Virus record (IMG/VR): IMGVR_UViG_3300035208_005226
Span: 1 to 64,000 of that record
From: a virus
Lineage: Duplodnaviria; Caudoviricetes
Direction: 5' to 3' (one strand)
Length of the DNA: 64,000 bases
Position 1 is the stretch's first letter; each line of letters starts with the position of its first letter. Below, piece after piece: positions 20,743 to 29,456 of the stretch. Below the pieces are notes generated by a model, which saw nothing but the letters and a program-made list of their open reading frames with translations, made no database searches and had not been told where the DNA came from. Both the position numbers and the translations under genes were made by a program.

Positions 20743-20982
20743 CTATCCACCGATATTTTCTTTGAGTCTTCCATAACTATTTATAGTGAAGTCTTGTTCT
20801 GTTATGTTCGTAAGATTTGTTTGGTGTCTACTGCCGTTGATCTCTGATGTGTGGGTTATGGTGAGATTGTCTCCGGAGATCTTAAAGTCTGAGAAGTCAT
20901 TACATGTTCGATCCATAACGTAGATGTTAATAACTCCGGCTGTAAATACCAGAAATAATAGGATAAATTGTATAATCTTCAT
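20743..20982 (-). CDS. Small membrane-anchored/exported protein with N-glycosylation sequons
   Basis: MKIIQFILLFLVFTAGVINIYV hydrophobic N-terminus; sequons NLT, NGS, NLT, NIT. Confidence 0.55.
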   Translation of the reverse strand: MKIIQFILLFLVFTAGVINIYVMDRTCNDFSDFKISGDNLTITHTSEINGSRHQTNLTNITEQDFTINSYGRLKENIGG

Positions 20983-20995
20983 TTTAACGCTCCTG

Positions 20996-21673
20996 CTATG
21001 TGTTGCATGGTTCCTCCAGTTTGTCCGATGTTGAAAATGTTAAGCCGTCAATGCGTCCTTCCATAAAAACAAGTTGATGAGATCTGTTGATTTTGGGTCG
21101 TATGTTTTCTGTTTTGATTGATGCTACCTTGTTGTATGTTTCGGTTACCTTTGTATCTGGTATCATGGCAAGTGCAACACTGGAATTACTGGATTTCTGT
21201 TCTTTATAGTTCTGGTGGAGTCCTGCTGCAAACCCGGTTGCATATGAGTCTTCGAGATCTCTTGTGGATTGATTGTGCCTTTTGTATTCTTTTTTGAGTT
21301 CTGTAGACCGCTTTAGTATGAATGATGTGGCGTATTTGTATACCTCCATGCATACGTCTACATCGTCTTTCAGTCCCAAAAACACAATGCATTTGGTCCC
21401 GCAATGTCTTGGCTGAATTAGACAATAACAGCTGAAGTTTGATGATATTATGCTGGCTAGCAGCATCCTCCATTTTTTATGTCTGAATGTATATTGGTGG
21501 ATCTGGACTGTAATATCTGATTCTGGTATCTGGATATCTTTAATGGATAGTTTATGCTTGGATAGGAGTTCTTGGGCTTTTAATAATGCGGTGTTTGCTT
21601 CGTGTTCGTTGGTGCTAGATGACAGTTCCAGCAACTTGCTTATTTTGGATTTTATTTCAGAAATAGGTGTCAT
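20996..21673 (-). CDS. DUF2786-domain protein
   Basis: KISKLLELSSSTNEHEANTALLKAQELLSKH N-terminus and SYATGFAAGL C-terminal motif. Confidence 0.85.
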   Translation of the reverse strand: MTPISEIKSKISKLLELSSSTNEHEANTALLKAQELLSKHKLSIKDIQIPESDITVQIHQYTFRHKKWRMLLASIISSNFSCYCLIQPRHCGTKCIVFLGLKDDVDVCMEVYKYATSFILKRSTELKKEYKRHNQSTRDLEDSYATGFAAGLHQNYKEQKSSNSSVALAMIPDTKVTETYNKVASIKTENIRPKINRSHQLVFMEGRIDGLTFSTSDKLEEPCNT

Positions 21674-21820
21674 AATCCTCCAGTGTATTTGTGGCGTCGT
21701 CGTCTATATTGTATGATGGTGATCCGGGATTCCCATACTTGTTGCATAACTGTGGTTCTTTGTATTTGCATCGTTTGTAATTCGCACAATCAGCACAAAA
21801 ATAGATTTCGTCGCTATCTG

Positions 21821-22135
21821 TTATGTCTGACATGCTATGCCACACAAATCAAGAAGTGACTTTATGGTATATTCGTTTATGTTGCCAAGTGAGTCAAACA
21901 GATCTGATATTTGGTATATGGCATCTGCACGAACATCAGAGTCGTGAGTTATAAGTAATACTGGTGCCTGAATTGCAAAACAACTACGATATCTGAGTTC
22001 GCATAGGGCATTTTTGCTTTGCATATCCTCAGTTATATACGGAATATTATATGCATCTAGTTTCTCTTTGAGTTTTTCGCAATTTGGACAGTTTTCTAAC
22101 GTAAAAATGGTTATTGTAATGTCTGGGTCATTCAT
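21821..22135 (-). CDS. Glutaredoxin/NrdH-like redoxin
   Basis: IFTLENCPNCEKLKEKL CxxC motif and cis-Pro motif QAPVL. Confidence 0.85.
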   Translation of the reverse strand: MNDPDITITIFTLENCPNCEKLKEKLDAYNIPYITEDMQSKNALCELRYRSCFAIQAPVLLITHDSDVRADAIYQISDLFDSLGNINEYTIKSLLDLCGIACQT

Positions 22136-23661
22136 TTGGTTCACCTTGGGATTTAATTGGTTCTGGGGTTTTATGGATAAAGTTGCCTTCCGAGTCAAAC
22201 ATTTCAGGATGTGTTTTTTTAAGCCATAATTCAGATCTTTTCCTGTGGATCTCTGAATATTCTATCCAGTGTTTTTTATGGAGTGGTGGTATGATAAACG
22301 GCAGAGTTAGGGATCCCGGGTGTGCTTTGTCTACGCTAAATATCCAGGATAATTCCGAGTTGGCGTCATTAAATTCTGGGTTTCCCATGGCTCTGTTTAT
22401 CATAAGAAATGCTGCATTTAGGAATACCAGGTCCCCCCTGGTAATCCGTATTGTTTTTACCACGTCTTTTAGCGTTGATCTTGGATCGACTGGTGTGTCT
22501 CTTGCAGGTTTAATCATGTTGTCGCCTCATGAGTTTATCTGAGAATTGTTTGAATCTGTTTAGCAATCTTACTGTTATATTTCCTTCAACACAGTTTAAC
22601 ATATTACGCAGACATTCTTCACATATGCGGGGATATTCGCGGTGATCGATTCTATACTCGTCCATATCCCAGAATGATGTAGTGTGGACGACTCTTGGCT
22701 GTATGTTTATTGAGATGTCCACGTAATGATATAGTTTGCGGCCACATGCATTACAATATATGGGATCATCTGGAATTTCCTTGATTTTACTCAAGTCGAT
22801 TACAGATGCCATGCACAGGTTACCAAATGATTTTTCCCCCATGTTTTAGTCCTCATAGTATAGTCGAACAAAGTTTAATGTGGTGTTGCCGGGGTGTTCT
22901 CCTTCCTTTATCCACAGTCGATACTTTGGCCTCCCGTAATATTGGATGTGTTGTTTTAGTAGTCGCTGAACCATTTTGGATATATAGTTCATTGAGTAGT
23001 CTTTTCCGTTCGATGCCTTCATCCAAGAGTTTATGCCTGTTCTTACGTAAAGGATTTCATTGCCTTTTTTCTTGATTACTATGTGTTTTACACTTGCAAC
23101 TTCGATTTGTTTTGTTAGTTTCATAAGAAATCACACCGGAATATTAGTTTTAGATTTGTTGATCGTAATGTCGGGTTTCCATTTATCATGCTATATTTTC
23201 CTCATTGGGTTAATTTGTATGTAATTTTTTGCCTTATTGTATCATTCTTCGAACTTTGTTGAGTGAGGACAATGTTCTGGGAATGGACATATCCCGGCTT
23301 TAATTTTTTCCTGGTCGTCTGTAGATAGTTCAGTGTCGTTCTGTAAGATGCATTCTGTTAATTCACATGCCATTTTTTCTCCGAATTGCTCATTTATGTC
23401 TGATATGATAGATCCTAATATGAGGTCATATGACTGTTTTATTAGGTTTGCTGTTTTTAATTTGTCTATACTATGGTTTATGTATGGAGATACGTCAACC
23501 ATCATGGCAAATGTGTCAAATTTACCAGTTTTTGTTCTATACCAGAATGCTGTCTCATATGAGAATGGCGCTGTCTGGATTATTGTGCTGAAGCTTGTGG
23601 ATGTCATAATAGATCATCAGATATGTGGATTTACTGATTTCATAGTGTTACCGCTTGCGAT

Positions 23662-23693
23662 TGGCGGGAATGGGGTTTGATCCCACTCCTGCC
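23662..23693 (-). ncRNA. tRNA minihelix-like hairpin (acceptor stem plus T-arm only)
   Basis: Minus strand GGCAGGA-GTGGG-ATCAAAC-CCCAT-TCCCGCC-A. Could also be an ordinary hairpin. Confidence 0.35.
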
Positions 23694-23888
23694 TATTGTA
23701 TCTCCCTGGAGAAGAAAGAAATGAAAAAACATCGGACCTATGTTGTCCCTACATAGTTTAGCCTCCGTGCCCAGAGTAAAGATTATGTGGGACTGAACCC
23801 ATCATAACCTCCCACATATTTTCTACACCCAGTGATTTTCTGCTCTGGAATTTTTGTTCCGTCATTGCAGGAGTCAATTGAAAATATG

Positions 23889-24128
23889 TTATACGTTGAA
23901 TATTGCAATGTCATCTGCAATATCTGCTGATTTCTTTAGTTCTGCTCTTACTAGGGTTCTTGAGATGTTTTCAAGTTTGTTTATTTTCTGCTGAAGTTCT
24001 GTAATAGTTAGTTCCGTTTCTTTTATTCTGTCTTTGAGATATGACAGTTCATTCTTAAGATTTTCAATTTCTGGATCTGGTTTTATTTCAGATATATAAG
24101 ATGTTAATTGTGGTAACTTTTTGCTCAT
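23889..24128 (-). CDS. Coiled-coil hypothetical protein
   Basis: Heptad pattern IENLKNELSYLKDRIKETELTITELQQKINKLE. Confidence 0.6.
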   Translation of the reverse strand: MSKKLPQLTSYISEIKPDPEIENLKNELSYLKDRIKETELTITELQQKINKLENISRTLVRAELKKSADIADDIAIFNV

Positions 24129-24190
24129 TGTGGTTCCTCGGTTAGAATTCTGTTTATTATCTTATTTATAGTATTGGTTTCGTTAAGATA

Positions 24191-24316
24191 TGTCGATTGT
24201 AGGATTTGAACCTACTTCTGTGGCTTGAGACCACCGTCTTTACCAATCTAATAAAATACAAATGATAGATCTATATTTCCCACGGGCATGATTTTATTAG
24301 ACCAGACCAAATCGAC
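24191..24316 (-). tRNA. tRNA-like gene with 55-nt inverted-repeat-bounded insert in the D-loop and abnormal anticodon loop (central UCA)
   Basis: Acceptor GTCGATT/AATCGAC+A, D-stem GTCT/AGAC, arm GTGGT-CTCAA-GCCAC, T-arm GTAGG-TTCAAAT-CCTAC. The insert at 24247-24301 is closed by an 11-bp perfect stem. Confidence 0.65.
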
Positions 24317-24343
24317 AATGGGAATTGTTAACATTCTTTGAAA

Positions 24344-24399
24344 TGGCACCAGTGAGATTCGCACTCACGTAGCCCTACGGCGGCAGATTTTGAGTTTGT
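24344..24399 (-). pseudogene. 3' two-thirds of a tRNA-Leu(CAA)-like gene
   Basis: CTCAAAA loop, TCTGC, long variable arm GTAG-GG-CTAC, T-arm GTGAG-TGCGAAT-CTCAC, TGGTGCC-A. No recognisable D-arm. Confidence 0.6.
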
Positions 24400-24520
24400 T
24401 GTTCTCTGGTAACAGGCTGACCCGTCGTGGGTCGATTTAAGCTGACTTTACAGACACCCTCATATGAAGCAATTAGTCGCTACACGCTGCTGGTTCTTCA
24501 TAGTTTCTGATACCAGAGAT

Positions 24521-24576
24521 AACCAGAATCGGGGATCGAACCCGAACGGCGCTACATGTGCCAACCCACTTCCGGT
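24521..24576 (-). ncRNA. D-armless mini tRNA-like element (56 nt)
   Basis: ACCGGAA-GTGGGTT-GGCAC-ATGTA-GCGCC-GT-TCGGG-TTCGATC-CCCGA-TTCTGGT-T. Confidence 0.55.
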
Positions 24577-24600
24577 TTTTGTTATAACTCATCCTGATGA

Positions 24601-24648
24601 TCGGATGTAGAGGGTTTGAACCTCCATTGATCTCATATCAAACATCCG
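24601..24648 (-). ncRNA. D-armless mini tRNA-like element (48 nt)
   Basis: CGGATGT-TTGAT-ATGAG-ATCAA-T-GGAGG-TTCAAAC-CCTCT-ACATCCG-A. Confidence 0.55.
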
Positions 24649-24735
24649 ATAGGCTGATTGTTTTTATAGAGGTATCAACCTATGAATTTAACCTCTTTTT
24701 GATTCAAACGTCTTTAAATCTCATCCATTTCTGGA

Positions 24736-24820
24736 TAACCGAATAGTGGAATTTAACCACAATTCAATCAGACTTATGGAGGTCTTACCCCTGATTTGAC
24801 CCAGGGATAAGATTATTGTT
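24736..24820 (-). pseudogene. Degenerate tRNA-Met/Ile(CAT)-like element with extended D-arm hairpin
   Basis: AGAC-CTCCATAA-GTCT arm, GTGG-TTAAATT-CCAC T-arm, 11-bp hairpin TCTTATCCCTG/CAGGGGTAAGA. Acceptor stem pairs poorly. Confidence 0.35.
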
Positions 24821-25018
24821 ATTTGCGACAGGAAGTTGAGTAAGTTTCCTGTATGAGTTATATTTGCGAAGGGTATCAGTCTGATGAGGATAAAATGTTT
24901 GTACTAAGTAGGTGCATTCGATGGCTTGTTTCCGTGTCTTGTGGTCCTCCTGTAGTTGTTTGGCCTCACCAAGATGTGATTATTGGATCACCGGCCAAAA
25001 AAGTTTGAGTTAATAAGG

Positions 25019-25309
25019 TTAATAAGCTCTGCTTATTATGTAATTCGACTGAGCCACAACTTCTGATGTGTTTGTTGTCAGGTTGTTATAGATGGTCAGG
25101 GTTGCAGCAAGAGATGCCTGTTGTCCTGTAACATAAAGTACTGATTGGTTTGTGATGAACTCACCATAGTAAAGTGGTGTCGCCCCACCTGCAATAACCA
25201 GGGACTTTGATGTTACGTTTATGGTCTGATTGGTATCTGCCATTGCGATACTAGATAGCATCAGTAATGTTGCTATCAGAAGAACTATGTAAAGCGCTTT
25301 TGTCTCCAT
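25019..25309 (-). CDS. Small secreted protein with N-glycosylation sequons
   Basis: Signal peptide METKALYIVLLIATLLMLSSIAMA; sequons NQT, NVT, NQS, NLT, NTS. Confidence 0.65.
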   Translation of the reverse strand: METKALYIVLLIATLLMLSSIAMADTNQTINVTSKSLVIAGGATPLYYGEFITNQSVLYVTGQQASLAATLTIYNNLTTNTSEVVAQSNYIISRAY

Positions 25310-25872
25310 AATATGTGGTTGGTGTTCCCTGGTATTATTTTTGTTGGATGATAATACCACATTTTGGATATTTTGCTGGGATTTTTCCTGGCGGTCCGAG
25401 GTATATGTGATAAAATTTGCAGGAGTATCCGGATTTCTGTCCGTTTATCAGGTACCCGCAATGGTTGCATGTTGGTGGGGTTTCTATGTCATCTTTAAAT
25501 AGTTTTTTTGCCATGTTACCACTTCTTTTGTGGGCATGATATCATTTGGTACCGGAGGTCTCCGGATATGTTGCATTTATACATTCCGTTTTTTACTGAA
25601 CTTTCTGTGCAGTCTCTACATGAGTTTATTTGTTTGAATTCGTTGTTGTTTCTGTCTGTCATATATCATTCCTCAATTTATGCTTAATTGTTTCCATAAT
25701 ATTAGCATCTCACGTTGTGATTCTCTGTCTAAATTTCCGATTTCATACATTATGGTTGTTAATTCTGGTGTAAAAAATATGCTGTGGACCTTTATCTGGT
25801 GGTATATCACACCGGAGAATGAGCGAGTTGTTAATTTAAGTGTCATATCATCACTATGTTATCCCAATATTG

Positions 25873-26352
25873 TTAATATCCATTTCCATTGATAAACATC
25901 CTTTTTGGATATATCATCATGAAAAGTCCACGTTTTATCATAAGTTTTGCGTCATCTCCGGTGATTCCCAATGACATGGGAGATATTATGTCGCATATTT
26001 CCAGGTATGACCCTAATGCTGCGATCCTGAATGCTGCTTCTTGGGAATCTAGTGTTGCCCCAATTTCTATGTAACTTGGGCCTTGAGAGAGTCGTTTTGG
26101 ATCGGGGTAGTTGTCTAGGATGTCTATCAGACTTTGTTTATTCCGTTCTGCTTTTTCTACTATTATACCTACCTTGAATAATCCCACATCTATTTTTAGA
26201 ATATCGGTATAGTCCGGATCTGATTCGTGTGGCATATTCCAAATTTCAGTTACAGTGAGATCTTTGTATTCAATTTGTTCAGATGGTTTTCCGATCCTGA
26301 GGCATATAGTTGATTCAGATAATATTTTGTGTAATTTTGTCAGGTCAAACAT
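25873..26352 (-). CDS. Hypothetical protein
   Basis: 159-aa ORF with plausible composition. Confidence 0.6.
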   Translation of the reverse strand: MFDLTKLHKILSESTICLRIGKPSEQIEYKDLTVTEIWNMPHESDPDYTDILKIDVGLFKVGIIVEKAERNKQSLIDILDNYPDPKRLSQGPSYIEIGATLDSQEAAFRIAALGSYLEICDIISPMSLGITGDDAKLMIKRGLFMMIYPKRMFINGNGY

Positions 26353-27066
26353 TGTGTCACCATATTTTGGAGTTCATCCATATAATGTCGAATATATAAA
26401 CAGTATTAGTGTTATGATAACCATTAGTAATGCACATATGAGTAGGGCATCATTTAAGTATTGTTCGATGTTTCTGTTAGACATAATCGCCCTCTTTAGC
26501 GTCGTAATACTTTGATCCTTTTATGAACATAGTGTATCCTCGTTTTTTATAGCAGTCTGGCTTCCGTTGCTTTGGATATTTCCAGTAATCTCTCGGGTAA
26601 GCATCACGCGATATTACTTTACACCATACCATTTTGGCATCTTTTAACCTCCAGCATTCCTTGACATTTAAGTCGTTATTGCCGTTGTAGAAGTTATCTT
26701 CACAACATATACAGTGTGCTTTGTTCATAATGCTATTTCCCCGATTTCATTATCATCAATTGAGTGCTGTGACTTACGACCATTCCAGCACCATGCATTT
26801 GCTCTTATAATTGGGAACCCGTCAATTGAAGGGTTATCTCGCCTGCATTCGATCATATCGTTACAAGTTATTTCAAAAACATCACTTGAAAATCTGCATG
26901 TTTTACAAGTATATCCTGGATTATCTCCCATATCATCACTTCTTTTTTGGCGTTTGCTTCTGTTCTACAAATATACACCAGATTGGTTTGGTTGATTGGT
27001 ATGCCGGACACTCCTCCAGGTAACAGGATGTAAAGCCTTTGTATGGACATCGTCTAGTCGAGATAG

Positions 27067-27846
27067 TCATGAGAATTGCTTCCTGCCTTGTATAAATCTG
27101 GATAATTCTTCAATGTCTCGTTTGTAATAGATGTGGGGTGAATTGCTTATGGTTTCAAGCCACCCGGATTCAATTTCATGGGATAACATTGTATTAATGT
27201 CATTCACTAGTTTCTGCTGTAGATATGCTAGTGCTATGGCGTTCATCCCCCAGGCAGATAGCATGTCATTGGAGCGGAATATGGAAATTAAGTTTAGATG
27301 ATTTGTTCTATCGATTAGTGCCTGGATTAGTTGGAGACATGGGGGTTCAGATGATATTATGTCAATCTCTGGAGACCAAGTGATTGCTATGGCTCTTCTA
27401 CTGTTTGGGGTGTTGATTAGTCGAGTTATTATGCTGAGTTTGAGCTGATTTATTCCCCCTAGATTTCCATTGCCAATTTGCCCATCTTCAGTTGGATAAT
27501 CGCACAATCTGTTACCATAGGTGTATGTTGCGTCAGTGTTGTCGTTTTTTCGCGTTGTAATTGAATACATAGATGATTTGTATTGATCTATGAATTTGTC
27601 GCCAAACATAGAGTATTGGGATTTCATTGGGGACTGCATTGGATTTTTTATATGAACACAGAGAGGTTGTTCCAGGTCCCATATGTGTTCGTTGTCTTCG
27701 GTTAGTTTATCAATGCCGAGACATGTGTCATGGATAAGATTTACGATGGAATTATGTGCCTCTCCAATTGTTGATTTTGATAGTAGGATCATGGGATCAT
27801 TTATTCTCCTCAATTTTGTTGTAATAGTCGACATGTAGTCTAACAA
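27067..27846 (-). CDS. thyA: Thymidylate synthase (archaeal ThyA-type)
   Basis: YTYGNRL, NSRRAIAITW, catalytic PPCL, FRSNDMLSAWGMN, SPHIY. Confidence 0.93.
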   Translation of the reverse strand: MLDYMSTITTKLRRINDPMILLSKSTIGEAHNSIVNLIHDTCLGIDKLTEDNEHIWDLEQPLCVHIKNPMQSPMKSQYSMFGDKFIDQYKSSMYSITTRKNDNTDATYTYGNRLCDYPTEDGQIGNGNLGGINQLKLSIITRLINTPNSRRAIAITWSPEIDIISSEPPCLQLIQALIDRTNHLNLISIFRSNDMLSAWGMNAIALAYLQQKLVNDINTMLSHEIESGWLETISNSPHIYYKRDIEELSRFIQGRKQFS

Positions 27847-27954
27847 AATGTTTAAAATCGTGCTCCAATCTAATCACCAGGCTATATAGATATAATAGCA
27901 TGATAACATATATTATGATAAATGTTACTATGCAAATTAGATATGTGGATTCAG

Positions 27955-28218
27955 TCATGATCTGTTTCCGATTTCTTCAGGGAACCCATGCAATTTGATT
28001 GCGATAGATTGTCTACACGATCCACTCTCTCTCTCTCTCTCTGTATCGTATAATAAAATTGCCTGATAAAGTGGGCAAAATCCATCAGATTCTCTCCCTC
28101 CGAACCAACACGAAGACGATTGCAACTTGTATCCTGCTTTAAGGAGACCATTTACCAGTTCCTCAAATTTATCACAATCTGAACTTTCTACAACTTTAAT
28201 TGAGGATGGGGCAATCAT
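27955..28218 (-). CDS. DUF1737-like small protein
   Basis: IKVVES...FEELVNGLLKAGYKL...YQAIL. A (GA)9 tract lies in the C-terminal tail. Confidence 0.5.
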   Translation of the reverse strand: MIAPSSIKVVESSDCDKFEELVNGLLKAGYKLQSSSCWFGGRESDGFCPLYQAILLYDTERERESGSCRQSIAIKLHGFPEEIGNRS

Positions 28219-28709
28219 TATATATCTTCCTCCCCCGGTTTCTTCAATGATAAAACCCAACCCAATATTTTAATTCCACATATCCGTGTTGTCGAACGAA
28301 CTGTTTCATCTGTTTTCATTTCATCTATTTTACTCTGGAGTTTTGCCAATATCCATTCTGGTAGTTCTTCAGATTTATTGGAGTTTAATAAATTCCATGG
28401 ATAATCTTCTGGACAAATTTCTTTTCGTTTGGATAATGCCTGGACAAGATCTTCAGTAGAAATGGTGGAGCCGGGTTTAATGTGCTCATTCCACGCATCG
28501 GTTATTTTTTTCTCATTTATACCACAAGGGCATAACACGATAGGTCCTACGTACTGGCATTTGTTACAACCGATAAAGAAAATTGTTCCAGGTAATTTAA
28601 GTCGAGTTGGATCTTGCGGGTGGAAGCCAATTATCAATCCCACACCGTTACAATCTTCATCTGCATCTCCTGCTCCACATTCCGGGCAGGGTTCAACATG
28701 ATATTTCAT
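28218..28709 (-). CDS. Lar-like Zn-finger protein with C-terminal extension
   Basis: PCPECG...IGCNKCQYVGP...ITDAWN. Confidence 0.5.
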   Translation of the reverse strand: MKYHVEPCPECGAGDADEDCNGVGLIIGFHPQDPTRLKLPGTIFFIGCNKCQYVGPIVLCPCGINEKKITDAWNEHIKPGSTISTEDLVQALSKRKEICPEDYPWNLLNSNKSEELPEWILAKLQSKIDEMKTDETVRSTTRICGIKILGWVLSLKKPGEEDI

Positions 28710-28965
28710 ACTTGTTCACCATTTTACCTTCTGTTAACATCTCTTCAGGCCACCCGCAAAATGGACAATGGAGTAATTCTTCAGTCATTTCTTATCACTC
28801 TTTGATTAACTCTGTTCGCTATATCTACAATCCAGGGAGTACTCGTTGTGACCTCGATAATAGTCGCAGTCTTCGCAATATGCTGGATCTTTGTAGTCAT
28901 CTAACATTGGACACAACACGATTTTCTTAAATGATAGGGATGTCATGATGTAGATTCTCCTGTCA

Positions 28966-29456
28966 TTATGTAGATCCGTGTTGTAGTCTTATGCAATCCC
29001 ACTTTCCGGTGTTGATTTCCCGCCATGCCATACATTCGTTACCTAGGCATTTCACCATGTTGAACTGTGCAATTAGAATCCTGGGATCTCTGAAAGAACT
29101 TGCTGCGACTGGTATGCTCATGAATGGACAGATTTTTTCTTCTGCCATGCTTAATCACCATCCAAAAATATATTTGGTAGAAATGTTACGTCTGGTTCGC
29201 TCGCAGGAATTAACATACAGTAACCTGGCCTGTAATGACAGCCGTTACCAATTTTCTTGTGATAGTGGGTGTCACCAAATTTTAGTTCTGGAGACCATGC
29301 TCTGCAGATTTCCTCACCCAGAATGCCAACTCGCTGATTTCCAATTCTCCCTTCAGTACAATATAGAAGATTTCCCGAAGAAAGAGAGAATGGGCAGATT
29401 TTGCTGTTTTCTGTTGTGTCTTCCATTATTTTATCTCCGGGATTAAAGCACGACAT
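28966..29456 (-). CDS. Two adjacent related small Cys-rich proteins (28966-29148, 29151-29456)
   Basis: Both carry KICPF...C...C(M/R)AW...C. Confidence 0.55.

Larger units (their letters stand above)
15430..23607 (-). other. Dense run of small, mostly Cys-rich hypothetical ORFs, many coupled by ATGA overlaps
   Basis: ORF track shows many 60-130 aa ORFs tiling the minus strand (e.g. 15430-15738, 16815-17758, 18445-19904, 21657-23607). Confidence 0.7.

Noticed and set aside
23706-23756. Early-type RBS leader CTGGAGAAGAAAGAAATG on the plus strand
   Set aside because: It leads to only an 11-codon ORF (MKKHRTYVVPT) and lacks the bulged hairpin. Probably debris.
24590-24660. CTGATGA followed by a stem (also at ~24881) as a hammerhead ribozyme or C/D-box RNA
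   Set aside because: There is no GAAA after stem II and no stem III/UH arrangement. The stem is better explained by the minus-strand mini-tRNA.
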